DNA of 63,527 bases, counting the filler, from Lenisia limosa (lineage: Eukaryota; Protista; Breviatea), in assembly GCA_001655205.1 (NCBI GenBank). It is 16 parts of 16 records of this genome, joined end to end, with 100 filler letters (N's around TTAATTAATTAA, not from the genome) between each part and the next. Parts side by side here need not be neighbours in the genome. Positions count along the whole stretch, not along the records: positions 7,988 to 12,817 come from LPNZ01010235.1; positions 12,918 to 14,543 come from LPNZ01006088.1; positions 14,644 to 17,561 come from LPNZ01005555.1; positions 17,662 to 19,728 come from LPNZ01007763.1; positions 19,829 to 21,546 come from LPNZ01001893.1; positions 21,647 to 32,099 come from LPNZ01011709.1; 10 more parts are not named here. One strand, 5' to 3'. Shown here in pieces: positions 10,509 through 23,599 of the stretch; the stretch's first letter is position 1; every line of letters begins with the position of its first letter. Made by a program: the position numbers and the translations under genes. The notes under the pieces are model-generated. The model had not been told where the DNA came from. It did not search any database and was given only the letters and a program-made list of their open reading frames with translations.

Positions 10509-12799
10509 TTACTTCTTTCCAAACACCCACACCCAGCAAACCTAGCCGTCACTACACGGCCCTTGAAGATATCGACCTGTGTCAATTAGTAACATATGAT
10601 ATAATATCATATTAAATACATGTAAGGCTTCACTACGGTTGGAAAAAAAGACAGAATGTCGATAAATCATTGATAAATATCGATGTTACAAGGGTCATTT
10701 TTGCCTCCTCCCCCCCAACATTCAAACAGCGTCCAGTCACAAGCCCCTTGGTATCAATCCAGGATCTCAAAACGCGGCCTTCTTGGTCGTACTCCGCAAC
10801 TAAATCGTCAGTCAGAAAAATATACATATATATACATATATATAGATATATAGAAAAAAAGAAGTTCTAAATAATCAATAGAAACCTGTGGGTCCTGCTA
10901 ACCAGCACAATAGCACTCCTCAAAGCCAAAGTAGTTCTTCGACAACTGGATGATGTGAACAAAAATAGTGGGTGATTAAACAGAGGGTGAAATACTAAGA
11001 AAAAGAGGGGAAGAAAGAAGTCCACCTGAGAAAGGAAGTGGTAGTAAAAGAAGAAGACAAGAATTTCGAAGTACGCATGGGTAAAAAAAACACTGGAAAA
11101 GTAGAACCTGTTTCAGTTGTAAGAGTGAGATGAACAAAAAGAGGGAAAGAAGAAGACTTATCTTAGAAAGAAAGTGATCAAGTGGAACGCAAACGGAAGT
11201 GAAGTGAGAAGAAAAAAAGGCCTTATTGAAGTAAGGGAAGAAAAGAGGGAAGGAAGAAAGCCAACCTTTGAAAGGAACAACTTGGCGACAGGAGAGGGGT
11301 GAAGACTGTCAAGCACCCAACTGCGCTCGAATGCCCCTGAAACAAGGATCGTATCTGATTTAATAAGATTTAACGGGGATCGCATCAACGGGGAAAGGGG
11401 GGATAAAATGGAAAATTTATGAAACAAAAAAGCCCGAATCAACTCTGTTGGCTGACACGAGGGTTGATAACAACAAAACANNNNNNNNNNNNNNNNNNNN
11501 NNNNNNNNNNNNNNNNNNNNNNNNNNNAATAGGCTTATTGGCCTTGCCATTGGTCCTATGGTGTCAGTAGTGTTATTACTGCAACTGATGTTATCATTGT
11601 TATATTGATATTAAAAAAGGTTCGAGAAAATTTTCACAAATATCCGTCTCCTATGTCACTAATAATTACTTTTTCACTAAATCTAAACCACGCAAGTTAG
11701 ACTCGGTTACGTTTCATCTTATCTTTCGACCGAGCCAGGTTTTAGAACTATAATCTGCTTTAATGTCATTAATGTTATAAGTTTTATAAGTGTTAAAAGT
11801 ATTCTAATATTTATATAATTGTTGAACTGTAATAATTGCCTTTTCCTTGATTAATGATACTACTGCCCTTGTATACAGTAAAATGGATACTGTACACAGT
11901 TACCCCCTTTCCATTATCTAATACCAAGGGCTTCCCTACGATCCGAAAAAGACCGGTCAAATGTCGCTATTTATCGAGGATTTATCGGGAAATTCAGTCT
12001 ATTTTGGGATAGTAGGGAAGCCCTTGAATACCCCCATTTTCACTCTACGATATCCCCCCCCCCCNNNNNNNNNNNNNNNNNNNNNNNNNNNNNNNNNNNN
12101 NNNNNNNNNNNNNNNNNNNNNNNNNNNNNNNNNNNNNNNNNNNNNNNNNNNNACACATCGTCCACAATCTTGACTGCGGTGGGCGTGGAGACCTTGGGGA
12201 GTAAAACGAACGAAATTGATGAAGAAAAAACAAAAGCTCAAAATCATGGGGGAGTTAAACGAAGGAAATTTCGACAAAGAATTGACATGCCCATATGGTT
12301 TAAAAACACCATCTTGCAAACCTTTTCCTTCAGAGACTTGTACTGGTTCTTCTCAGGGTCTACCAAGAAGAGGGTGCCTGGGAAGGTGGGGTAAAAATGG
12401 AAAAATAAGAGTGAAAACATTTCTGAAACAAAAACTCCTATTTCACCAACATCCCCACCAATACTTCGTATATTCAGGACTATTTCACCAACACTCATTT
12501 AAACCTCCACCATATATTAAGAGGTTTAGCCCAATCCTTCGTACGTTAATCACAAGGTTCTATTTTCACCCCATCAATCACAACAACCTTACCATTTCTT
12601 GGCAAATGTCAACAACATCACCATCATCACCATCATCACCAACATCAACATCATCACCATCACCACCATCACCAACATCAATCATACCATCACTCATTAA
12701 GAAATGTTTAACATCACGCCCACCATTCTTCCTAGCGTTAAAAGCCTCACGGAAAAGTCGAAACATGTCGTGATTGTAAGAAGTTTCAGCAATAATCAA
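10509..12799 (-). CDS. Strictosidine synthase-like / APMAP-family beta-propeller protein, C-terminal part
   Basis: Exon order LIIAETSYNHDMFRLFREAFNARKNG / GTLFLVDPEKNQYKSLKEK / VSTPTAVKIVDDV / GAFERSWVLDSLHPSPVAKLFLSK / AEYDQEGRVLRSWIDTKGLVTG parallels the APMAP motif order as recalled. Confidence 0.65.
11926..12021. mobile_element. hAT-like MITE family A, intronic
   Basis: AAGGGCTTCCCTACGATCC...GGGATAGTAGGGAAGCCCTT inverted termini. Confidence 0.75.
12603..12690. repeat. (CAT/CAC/CAA)n microsatellite, intronic
   Basis: Run such as catcaccatcatcaccatcatcaccaacatcaacatc. Confidence 0.85.
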
Positions 12800-13494
12800 C
12801 TGGGGGGGGGGGGGGGGNNNNNNNNNNNNNNNNNNNNNNNNNNNNNNNNNNNNNNNNNNNNTTAATTAATTAANNNNNNNNNNNNNNNNNNNNNNNNNNN
12901 NNNNNNNNNNNNNNNNNGCTAACTCTTGATTTCAACAATAAAAAGCGGGGTGTTACTGTTGGAAAACCAATACATGCTCCTTGGAAAAGAAAAGAAAACA
13001 CAGAAAAGCCGCAGCTAAGGTTCGACTCCGATTTGCGGGAAAAGAGAAAAATTTATGAAAAAAAAAAAATATATATGTAAATGGGGTGAGAAGGAAGAAT
13101 TAATGAAATAAAACTGTTGGCTGGCATTTGTGAAACACACAACGATTAAAAACAAGAAAACAAAGACGACACTCCCGCCCATGTATATATATGTAAAGCA
13201 ATGAGAAATAAAACAATCCTGATATAATATTTGTATGGAAATGAGAAATAAAGCAAGTTCATATGATATCAGTATGAAAGATATTGGATTAAAATATAGC
13301 AATGAGAAATAAAAAATACGGTTGTATCTGTCCGAAGCCGGCCACACCATCACGCTTATAAGAGATATTGAATTATAGTATAATATTAATTCACTATTGT
13401 GACCGGATAAGTTTTGACCGATTTGCTGTGCGATTTCCCAAGTAAAATCGGTCTAAACTTATCCCGGTCACTGTATAATATCAACACCGCACAC

Positions 13495-14400
13495 CTGTGA
13501 AAGGTCTGGCCTGTCCCCGCCAAGCAGCGTCCACATCAACTCCTCTGTCACCCCGGACATTTCGGGGCTAAACAGTACGGGCGATACCTGTGGGTTATAT
13601 GATGGGGGCATAACTTGGTGGCAAATGAGAGGTATTATACATGATATGTGTGTATGAAACCACTGTATTGGTGGGGATGAGATACTGTGACCGAAGATGA
13701 GCTATGTGTTAAAAGTAGGCTGATTTAGGGAATGTGGGAGCCTGCTGGCATCATAAAGACATACATCTATACCAATCATTTGCCTAACAGCTCTGTGCAC
13801 GCCTCCACAAAATACGTAATACGTATTTGATATAACTTCCCCCCCTGCCCTCCCCGAGACTCCTAGGGTCTAGGGAGGGTAGAGAAGAGTATATATCTTT
13901 AACAGTATACCCCACGATGGCGGTGGTTTCAGGAGTCCATGGTCCGATATGCTCAGTGGCTAGAATCAGGCGGAACTGAGGATTGAACTGAACGGTGCGG
14001 TCCCCTAGTTGAAGGACTGTTGTGTGTCTGGCGTGGCCCTGGGGGTAGGAAAGGTCGGTCAGATTGCCCTATATGTTACCTCGAAAACCTCAATGCTTTT
14101 TGGTTTCAGTCCGCACCATCACGCTAATAGAGATTTTGAATTATATTAATTCACCCAATCATTTGCCTAACAACTCTGTGCACAGAGCTTTGGGTGCCTC
14201 CTCAGAAAATATGTATATGCGATAAGTCCCAAAACGATTGGCTAAAGAAAGCTCAATATCCATGTCACGACTTATCCCTTGGTTATACAGTGTTCGTGAT
14301 AAGTCACGCTAATAAGAGATAGTGAATTCGTTTTTTCAGCCCAATCATTTGCCTATTCTCCCACAAGCCCAACTTACATCTTCATCGACAGTAGTCTGAT
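13495..14400 (-). CDS. Dynein heavy chain fragment (AAA5/D5 region), divergent
   Basis: Exons VLQLGDRTVQFNPQFRLILATEHIGPWTPETTAIV and VSPVLFSPEMSGVTEELMWTLLGGDRPDLSQ resemble the dynein IGDK..YNPNFRL...F...GLEDQLL..ErPDLE pattern. Confidence 0.6.
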
Positions 14401-14859
14401 AAGGAGTGGCAGTTAAAAGTTGAGTTAAAATAACCGGAAGGGGGTTGGCCACCTAAATGGAGGGTTAAATTAGCTACATTTTTTTAAAAAAACAACAATC
14501 GGTCCCCATCAAACAATAATGGTATTAAAAAAACAACAATCGGNNNNNNNNNNNNNNNNNNNNNNNNNNNNNNNNNNNNNNNNNNNNTTAATTAATTAAN
14601 NNNNNNNNNNNNNNNNNNNNNNNNNNNNNNNNNNNNNNNNNNNGGGGGGAGAGGTGATTAGGTACTAATGTTGGTGGCTTCTGCATGGATTGTCCTTACT
14701 TCCTTTCTTCACATTAATGCATTACAGATGTTTGATACATCTAAGCACACTGGTGGTGTTACTGAAGTGAGGGGGGTAATGTATTGCTGGTAGAAAATAC
14801 TGTAAATTGTATCGTATTGCTGGTGTAAATTATATCACTTGGTTCTAACAAACAGTTAA

Positions 14860-15945
14860 CCGCTATGTTGCCTGGTGTGGATGGTATCATGAAATTCGAC
14901 CACTTCCCAACCAACGTGGCTCTCAAAGTGAGAGGGGTGAACTAATGAGGATTTTTGGGGAGAGATTCCGTTTGTGTTAATCAGACACAATGTCCAATGC
15001 TAATTACCTACTGACCTTAAAATTTAAAGAGAGAGCGAGAGAGCTGAAAATAGTCGCTCTATAAAAAAACATGTGCTTGGACAGTTCATATTCTACTCGA
15101 TGGTTCGTTGTTTCTCAGATGACTATTTCTCAATCGCATTATAGGCTGTTTGCACTGATGGGTCAACTGTGTACACCCACTCTAGAGCTGCGGGTGAGAG
15201 GGGCATTAGTTCATTTTTCATAATAAGAAATTTGTGTACGAAGATTTGAGTCACTCTTTGAGATATTTCCACCAGGAATAAGAGATAGTATTTCAAGCCT
15301 TTATTCCCACCAGGAATAAGAGATTGTATTTCAAGCCTGTATTTAACGAATCAGGCCTCAGCGCTTATGTCGCTGGCACCTACGGAAGCACATCTGATGA
15401 TTGGACAATGATTGGCAAGAAGAATATATTCAGCAGGTCCCATCATGGTACCTGCGGCTATGTCACCTACACCGTACGCGGGGAGGGGGTTCGGTACCTC
15501 AACCCTGGTTCTGGGTGTGAGTTTTATTAGTTCGAGAGCTCCATGCAATGAATTTCAAAATTTGACGAGGAACATATTGTAACCAGAACGCCATTTCAGA
15601 CACTTTAGTTTCAAATTTTGGCAATTAATTCCTCCTTTCTTTGAAGGTCCACTTTTTTTGTTCAAGACCAGATCGAACGTCAAGTGAAACAAACTGACCA
15701 TTTAGACGTCAGCAGCACAGTACCAGTTTGGCCTGTGTTCAGGGCCAGGCGTGTCAAGTTCTTACGTTAACCATCAGTGGGCACGGGTAATGCTCAAAAT
15801 TCTAGATATTCTTCCATATTACGACCAATATTTGTAAAACCCAAGTCTAACAAATAGGATCTCGTTTGCTGGTATCTCAACCATGTCCACTGTCTGCAAT
15901 GGAGCTCAGCGGTCGGGCGCCACAATAGAGCTTTACCTGAAGGTT
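14860..15945 (+). CDS. Hypothetical Cys/Gly/Ser/Thr-rich multi-exon protein, possibly extracellular
   Basis: Exon-like blocks GLSAYVAGTYGSTSDDWTMIGKK..HHGTCGYVTYT, SAAQYQFGLCSGPGVSSSYVNHQWA and ISFAGISTMSTVCNGAQRSG. Frames not verified. Confidence 0.3.
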
Positions 15946-16419
15946 TAGCTTTCTGTTTCTTTTCGATATCTCCTCATAAACTTTTGGGATAATGGCCAGG
16001 GTATTCGAAAGTTATTGGTTGAATTTCTTTGCATCTTAGCGTCTCAACACAAACATTTTAAAAAGCCCATTGTGACCCCCTCACTCTGTTCATGGGATGC
16101 GGTGCTGCAGAANNNNNNNNNNNNNNNNNNNNNNNNNNNNNNNNNNNNNNNNNNNNNNNNCCAACAGAGTTGATTTGGGTTTTTTTTTTGTTTCAAAAAT
16201 TTTACTCCCCCCTCCGACCACTGTGGATTTTGCCATTCATGGATCCCAACAGAACATGGCAACTTAATCCCCCGCTAACCCCCAGAGTTTATTGTACAAT
16301 TCATCATAGCTACACACTCTAAATAAATACCATAGACTCTTGGGATTACTGGTCCACAAACTAAAAAAAAAATCAGAGTGGGTCAATGTGGAAATTATAA
16401 GACTGCAAAAGATTGAAGA

Positions 16420-17500
16420 CAGCGCAACACCCTTGACAAACCTCTCTCTCGAAAGCGTGGCTTCCATCGTTTGGAGAAAGGGAATCGTGAGACTGAGCTA
16501 ATCCTGTGGTATCACAACAAAGAGATGGAGAAACACATAACTTAACACTTTTAACACTTTTATCTCAATATTTACTTGGCTAGAGTGATCTTAGTACCCA
16601 GAAAGATTGGACAGAAATGACATAAGGATGTACATTTATATGAGCATAATGGCTTGTATGATAACACATCATATCCCACATTGTGTGATAAAACTCAAAT
16701 ACCAACCAACCAAGCTCTTTTCTTTCCTGAATAACCTCCTCCCTGGTCTTGACCCATCCCATCATTTTCTTCAACTCGAAATCCTGATTGGTGAATGCAC
16801 TTTGAGTAAATCCAAATAATGTATAAACCAGGATGCCCTCTTCGGAATCTTGGCATCCCCATTTATTTGTCAAAATATATCATTCATCATACCATATGAT
16901 AGAACAATCATGGTGATTAGATGGTGGTATTCCTGAACAAAAGATCCCCCCACTTATTTAGAAAGATCCCCCCACTTATTTAGAAAGATCCCCCCACTTA
17001 TTTAGAAAGATCCCCCCACTTGTTTCTGCATTGAAACTCGGACCCATTTCGGAATGTCTCCAACAACACCCATAATTAGAGCCTAGAGAATAAATCGAAA
17101 AGTATCGATGAAGCAAAGTAATTTATCAATAAAAGCTCCCAAAACAAACTCAGTTTACCGCAAACCCCAAAAATTAATGTTATTGACTCTCTGAGGGACC
17201 ATATAAGCCTAATAATATGATGTTCTGAATTGAAGAAAAAAACAAAAAACAAGGTTGCAGTCGTCTAAAATCCCCATCATGCTATTCAGCCTTCCCGACC
17301 TGGACGAGGAAAATGATATGCTCCAACGCGATCAGGATAATCAGTTTGTACACCCCAGTATCGGAATCAAATTCTGACCGAAGCTCCGAGTCAAGCCGAT
17401 CACTCGAATATCTGATGTCAGATAAATAGGCAGAAACAGAAATATCAGCAGCTTTCTCGGTCTTCTCCCAAATTGAGTAACAATCAGAAGCAATTGCACT
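16420..17500 (-). CDS. Possible anoctamin/TMEM16-like C-terminal fragment
   Basis: One exon encodes GVYKLIILIALEHIIFLVQ, similar to the anoctamin last-TM FEH motif. Single motif only. Confidence 0.25.
16940..17021. repeat. 22-bp tandem repeat, about 3.7 copies
   Basis: Unit AAAGATCCCCCCACTTATTTAG. Confidence 0.9.
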
Positions 17501-17839
17501 CCATCCACAGTAAAAAAAATGGTCATCTCACAAAAACTGACCACCACCCTATCAAAACTGANNNNNNNNNNNNNNNNNNNNNNNNNNNNNNNNNNNNNNN
17601 NNNNNTTAATTAATTAANNNNNNNNNNNNNNNNNNNNNNNNNNNNNNNNNNNNNNNNNNNNTATATATAGCTATAAGAAATAAAAACTGTACAGACTCCC
17701 ACCCCCTCATATCAAGGGGAATAAAAAAAAACTAATATAATAAACACTTCCCCAAAGAGAAGCCGCCATAGCCTATCAAGAGACCCCGTACCAAAAGAAT
17801 ACCAAAAGAATAATAAAAAGAACTTATAATAAACAATGA

Positions 17840-18825
17840 CCCTACACCCAGACCAAGAGACGCCGCCACAGCCGAGTTGAGAAGGGTCGTGTTGAGTCCG
17901 TCACAGACTGCTCCGATGCTGTGAATGGCCCTTGCCCGCATGAGGGGGTCTGGGGGGAAGTAAAGTTGGAAAATTTAACAAAAAAAAAAGTGCCCAANNN
18001 NNNNNNNNNNNNNNNNNNNNNNNNNNNNNNNNNNNNNNNNNNNNNNNNNNNNNNNNNNNNNNNNNNNNNNNNNNNNNNNNNNNNNNNNNNNNNNNNNNNN
18101 NNNNNNNNNNNNNNNNNNNNNNNNNNNNNNNNNNNNNNNNNNNNNNNNNNNNNNNTGAAATTGGAAAATTTATAAAACAAAAAAACAGCCCAAAATCAAT
18201 TCTGTTGGAATAAATACTCAAAAACTATCGATATTTTACCAGTACTTTTCGGACCGTTGGGAAGCCCTAATAATATGGCGCATCCCTATGTATTTATCTG
18301 TTTGCCGGGATTAAAAATGTAATTATGTTTTACTATCTCAACAAAAACGTAGTAGACAGCCTACTTTCGTGGGTGGTGAGTGGCGCGCACATTTGAGTGA
18401 CAAACTCCTCAGACGGGAAGTGTGGGGCTGAGTGGTGAGCACGCAGGGNNNNNNNNNNNNNNNNNNNNNNNNNNNNNNNNNNNNNNNNNNNNNNNNNNNN
18501 NNNNNNNNNNNNNNNNNNNNNNNNNNNNNNNNNNNNNNNNNNNNNNNNNNNNNNNNNNNNNNNNNNNNNNNNNNNNNNNNNNNNNNNNNNNNNNNNNNNN
18601 NNNNNNNNNNNNNNNNNNNNNNNNNNNNNNNNNNNNNNNNNNNNNNNNNNNNNNNNNNNNNNNNNNNNNNNNNNNNNNNNNNNNNNNNNNNNNNNNNNNN
18701 NNNNNNNNNNNNNNNNNNNNNNNNNNNNNNNNNNNNNNNNNNNNNNNNNNNNNNNNNNNNNNNNNNNNNNNNNNNNNNNNACCTTAAACACGGGAAGTCC
18801 AACATGGTTGTCCTCCCGACACTGC
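17840..18825 (-). CDS. Hypothetical HEAT-repeat-like protein fragment
   Basis: Exon DPLMRARAIHSIGAVCDGLNTTLLNSAVAASLGL follows a poly-C AG acceptor. Much of the region is N. Confidence 0.3.
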
Positions 18826-19069
18826 AAATTATGGCTTAATATGAGTATACAACTTTGAATAAAGGAAATAAATAAAATAAATACGAGGTTGAACGTGATA
18901 ATCCATCTCTTACAAAACCTTTAAATTTGTATAAGTGAGATAAAAACAAGCAATACCAAACACGAGCAATCAACGCTAAAACGAAAAAAAATCAATCACA
19001 AAAACAGGGGGGATCTGGAGTATGGAAAATAGTTATGGAGTAATTTAGTTGGAATTATGGCACTGCAGT

Positions 19070-19143
19070 TCGAAAAAAAAGACTGAATTTCTCGATAAAT
19101 CGTCCAAAACCATCGATACTTTCCAAATCGAAGTGAAGCCTTA
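19070..19143. mobile_element. hAT-like MITE family A, degenerate
   Basis: ttcgaaaaaaaagactgaatttctcgataaatc...cgaagtgaagcctta. Confidence 0.65.
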
Positions 19144-19682
19144 GTTTGAGCCATTCCCCCCCACATCCCGGATCCTCTCGGAGGAACTGCTGTCCAATTA
19201 GCGTCATAACAAACACGCAACTCTCCTGCATTTTCCACCTAAAAAGGTTAAGAGAGGGTAAAAAAAGGTTAAGAGAGGAAAAAAAGGAAATTTCAAATCC
19301 AGCTCGATTCCTTATTTTTTTTTTGTATAGTTCGTTCCCTTCTCTAAAACTGTGATTAAGTTCTAACTGCACACAGCGAATACAATCAGGGATATAAAAC
19401 ATCCCAACAATGACAAAAATGACCACAGTTTACACAAAAAAAAAAAACATCCTGTTTATATGTATAATTANNNNNNNNNNTAAATAAGTAGAACCCGTGC
19501 AATTAATTCTGTGAGAACTTAATTGACAAAATTTGAAATTAAAGTGTCTGGAACATATTTCTGGTACATATGTCCCATAACTTCAATGATAACAGATCAC
19601 CCCTCTCCCCCTTCATATCAACACGTTAACATTCCTCATTCCTCCTTTACTATTATATAATATATATATATATGTGATAGGT

Positions 19683-19728
19683 CAAAATGCGGATCAGTGG
19701 ACAAAATGCGGATCAGTGGACAAAATGC
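19683..19728. repeat. 19-bp tandem repeat at a scaffold end
   Basis: Unit CAAAATGCGGATCAGTGGA, at least 2.4 copies before the Ns. Confidence 0.85.
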
Positions 19729-19828
19729 NNNNNNNNNNNNNNNNNNNNNNNNNNNNNNNNNNNNNNNNNNNNTTAATTAATTAANNNNNNNNNNNNNNNN
19801 NNNNNNNNNNNNNNNNNNNNNNNNNNNN

Positions 19829-20579
19829 TTGGCTCGAACGCATCCATTCCATCATGGTCATACACGCCACGCGTGACATGGTGGCGTAGTCTTGCGGTAT
19901 CCACTGTGTAGCGCTGGTCCGTGCCGTTTAGAACCCTGGGGTGTCAAAAACTGGATTAATTCATGTCACTTTTTGGTAACATTTGTATATTGAAACTAGT
20001 GACTCGTCAATGTTCTTAAATGTCCAAACCAATGATGAGGACAATTGACATAAACGTGACGATGAAATAGTTTTAAAATGAGAAATAAAACAACGTTGTA
20101 TCTGACCGAATCCGTCCACACCATCACGCTTATAAAAGATATTGGATTATTGCACAATATTATTTCACCCAGTCATTAGCCTAACTACTCTGTGCACACA
20201 TTTTGCGTGCCTCACCCACATAAATAAATATAAAATGATATAGTAAATGAAAAATTAATTGACATTAATGATTCCGATATTACACATACCTATCTGCCCT
20301 ACATCCATCAATTAGGATGAATAAGGCCCTTTTCGGGAGCTCAACTGTGGAGAAGTCCGGAGATGATGGTGAGAAGCCGGGAGGGAAGGAGAAGCCCTCT
20401 ACTTTCGCTACATCCGAGTACTTAGCTTCATACTTTCCAAAGAACAATGCTTGTGTCCAGAGGAAGAGCACGGTTACGGATATAAGTATTCCCAAAAAAG
20501 AGGTAGTGTTAAAAACGCATCTTCCCGAGAGAAGGACCTTCTTAACGGCCATAATGCACTCACGGTGCCATGGTGTCAT
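19829..20579 (-). CDS. Alkaline-phosphatase-superfamily protein with an N-terminal TM (PIG-N/O/G-like or phosphodiesterase), 3' truncated
   Basis: MTPWHRECIMAVKK... then hydrophobic SFLGILISVTVLFLWTQALFF, then LPKRALFILIDGCRADR, the first metal-binding strand motif (DGxRxD). Confidence 0.55.
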
Positions 20580-21799
20580 TGTTATAGCATGTTTTGGCGG
20601 TGTGGTCAAGGTGTGGTTGGGTTTCGCTGGATTTTCGTGAAGTGGTATAAAGTCCTGGGGATTATACCATATAAAATTGGCGGAAAATAACTTTTTTTGG
20701 CCTTTATGAACATAAAAACAATATAACAATTATAAATCAACCTTAAAATTATAAAACAGTGATTCCTGAAAAAAATATCCAAGATGTCTCTTGAATGTAG
20801 GTCGTTTTTGGTCCCCTCATGCCTTTAGTATCAGCAAACGGCATCAAATATGAAGGTTGGATGCACAAGCGTGGCGATAAGTCCACCCATGGACGAGTCA
20901 ACTGGAAAAAACGGTATGCCAGGTGTATTCTCGCCTCTCGCCCCGCATGCACTACCTAAGTTGCAGTAATATACGTTGTTTTACAGGATATTCGTCTTTG
21001 TCTGTCTTCATACCTGTACATTTTTTTTCTGAATTACTTATGATCATGATTATCACATTGTGAAAGGGATATGGGGCTAATTCAGCCTTGTTTTAGTCTG
21101 TTTATTTTGTTTCCTGTGCAATGCAAATCCTTTCAGTTTCGGTGACTGGGTTTTTTTTCTTTCATATTTCCATTTATGTAAGCCATTTGTACTATTTTNN
21201 NNNNNNNNNNNNNNNNNNNNNNNNNNNNNNNNNNNNNNNNNNNNNNNNNNNNNNNNNNNNNNNNNNNNNNNNNNNNNNNNNNNNNNNNNNNNNNNNNNNN
21301 NNNNNNNNNNNNNNNNNNNNTGTTTTTTTTTTAACTCTGTGTTTACCGAATGAATTTAGTATTTACACCCACATTTAGTATAATCCCACCCACATACACA
21401 CACAAATCCTCCTTTCCCCTTCCTTCAATTTGTTATCAACCCTTTTATGTGTTGTGCTTGAAAAGCGATTGGCCTAGGCTTTGTTTGTTTTGCTGTTCTT
21501 GACCCTATTATGATTCTCAAATATTTAGCCAACAGAGTTGATTTGGNNNNNNNNNNNNNNNNNNNNNNNNNNNNNNNNNNNNNNNNNNNNTTAATTAATT
21601 AANNNNNNNNNNNNNNNNNNNNNNNNNNNNNNNNNNNNNNNNNNNNTAAAATAAAATTGTACCAAACACCTCGGTTGGAAAAATATTTGTGATTCAAACA
21701 AAACCAAGTCCAGTTGCACACATCATAAACATTACTATTTTTGAGAAAGAAAGTACAAAAGGGAGTGGCAAAACTTCGAAATAGCAGAATAGAAAGTAG

Positions 21800-23300
21800 T
21801 TACAAACCGCAAATGAGGGATGAGGATGCTAACAGCAAGAACAAAGAAGAACGCAAAGCAGAATAATAATATGAATTACAAAAAAACACCCAAGTTACAT
21901 TATATGTATGGGTTTGGGACTGAATAGCTCCGGTCATAATAGGCGGTAACTCGTAGTCATTTAATGTCGTCTCTGAAGTTCTCTCATTCTTAAAGTAGTG
22001 AATAAAAGGATAACTAATGTCGAATGATGCTTCAAAATGATGGTAAACAGTTGAGCACATAATCCATACAGCACAATTTTGTGTCCTAAATGTTAACTTA
22101 TCCAAAATTTTGGTGAATTAGACAGTTTACAATATCCCCAATAAACATGATATCTTCATGCTAATACATCATACACTGAACAGTATTTCAGCCCACAACC
22201 CAAATAATACGTTGGCCCCACAAACAGCTGCCATATGTTGCTGAATTAACAGTTTTTCTTTCGAAGTTGACGCCCTGCAGATCAATAAGAAGATAAACAT
22301 TGACATATGTGAGTAAAACAAATGAAATGGAGAAGGAAGGATGAATTGCGTATAATTCGTCAACTTTTCTTCTTTGCGCCAAAAAAATCATCTTGTAACA
22401 CCTTTGTTTTGCTCCTCGGTCCTCAAAGAATTTTTCTGAAATGAAACACGAGGAAGAAGCTCAGCGGTCATAGTGAACTGATACAAATATGATATGTTAC
22501 TAATGTAGTACTTTCCAATGATCCAAATAAGCTATCTCAGTTTTTTTTTTGAGAAATCTGGACTTAAAGGACCAAAAGGAAGCCTGTACGTACATGTAAA
22601 ATACGCCCATAATTGGGCTTCCAAGGTGAACTATCGATCCTCTCCAGAATTTATCAAAGAAAGTTCACTCTGCTTTCGGACCAAATCGAAGTCAAAATAA
22701 AACCTCTCCCACTTTGCTCGTCTCATTTCAGGCCGCAAATGCTGAATATGTTAGGGAGGGGGGGGGGGGNNNNNNNNNNNNNNNNNNNNNNNNNNNNNNN
22801 NNNNNNNNNNNNNNNNNNNNNNNNNNNNNNNNNNNNNNNNNNNNNNNNNNNNNNNNNNNNNNNNNNNNNNNACACATCCGAAACCAATTTGTCTTGGAAT
22901 GAAGCCGCATTTGTGGCTACTGGTCGTGGCATGCTGGGACAGTATTAAAACTCCAGATGAAACCAAAATCAGGCTGTAGATGGTGGGAGGGGGTGACACA
23001 ATAGCTTATACCAAACAATCACAGTGTTTGTGAATGTAAAACACTACAATTGACTTAATCCCAGAATTTACAAGACTGTACAACCTCTCACCTCCGCTCA
23101 CAGTTGAGCTAGCAATGCGTTTAGAATACCTTTTGGTTTCCTGCATCATTACTAATAATAAGAAACGCATCGCACTGAGACATTTCGCAATGGCACCAGC
23201 CACACAAGACAATAAAACTTCCACAGGAGGTAAGATATTCATCCAGCTTGGAACAAAATAAAATAATATCATTTGGAAAAAGATGTGTATTGAAATATTG
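21800..23300 (-). CDS. Multi-pass membrane protein, possibly TMEM87/GPR107-like
   Basis: Hydrophobic exon blocks LLIQQHMAAVCGANVLFGLWAEILF and LLSCVAGAIAKCLSAMRFLLLVM. The family assignment is weak. Confidence 0.3.
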
Positions 23301-23599
23301 GTATGCTCAGAATGAAGCAGAAGGAGAGAATTCAAAAGCTAAATAAACACCCCAACAACCGTCACACTTCTGCGTTTTCTATTTCGGGTCTTACTCTGGT
23401 CTAATTTATGTCTGTTATATATCACTATATAACCTGGCTTGTCATGACTCATATAAATGAGTAAACAAAGGGCGTAGTTTGTGATGAGGGTGTATTGATA
23501 ATCCCAAGACCTGTGTTCTTTCTTTCTCTTTCTTCAACTATGAATAATTGAATAATTAAAATTATGAGGGGAAGGGAAGAAGGAGGAAGGAGCCATTTT

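Noticed and set aside
13010-13050. GGTTCGACTCC as a tRNA T-arm / B-box
   Set aside because: No acceptor, D or anticodon arms can be formed around it.
16940-17021. Tandem repeats as a CRISPR array
   Set aside because: Head-to-tail units without unique spacers, in eukaryotic DNA with no cas genes.
18333-18839. Long ORFs spanning N runs (also 3426-4020, 5728-6370, 17842-18221 and others)
   Set aside because: They are open only because N codons contain no stops.
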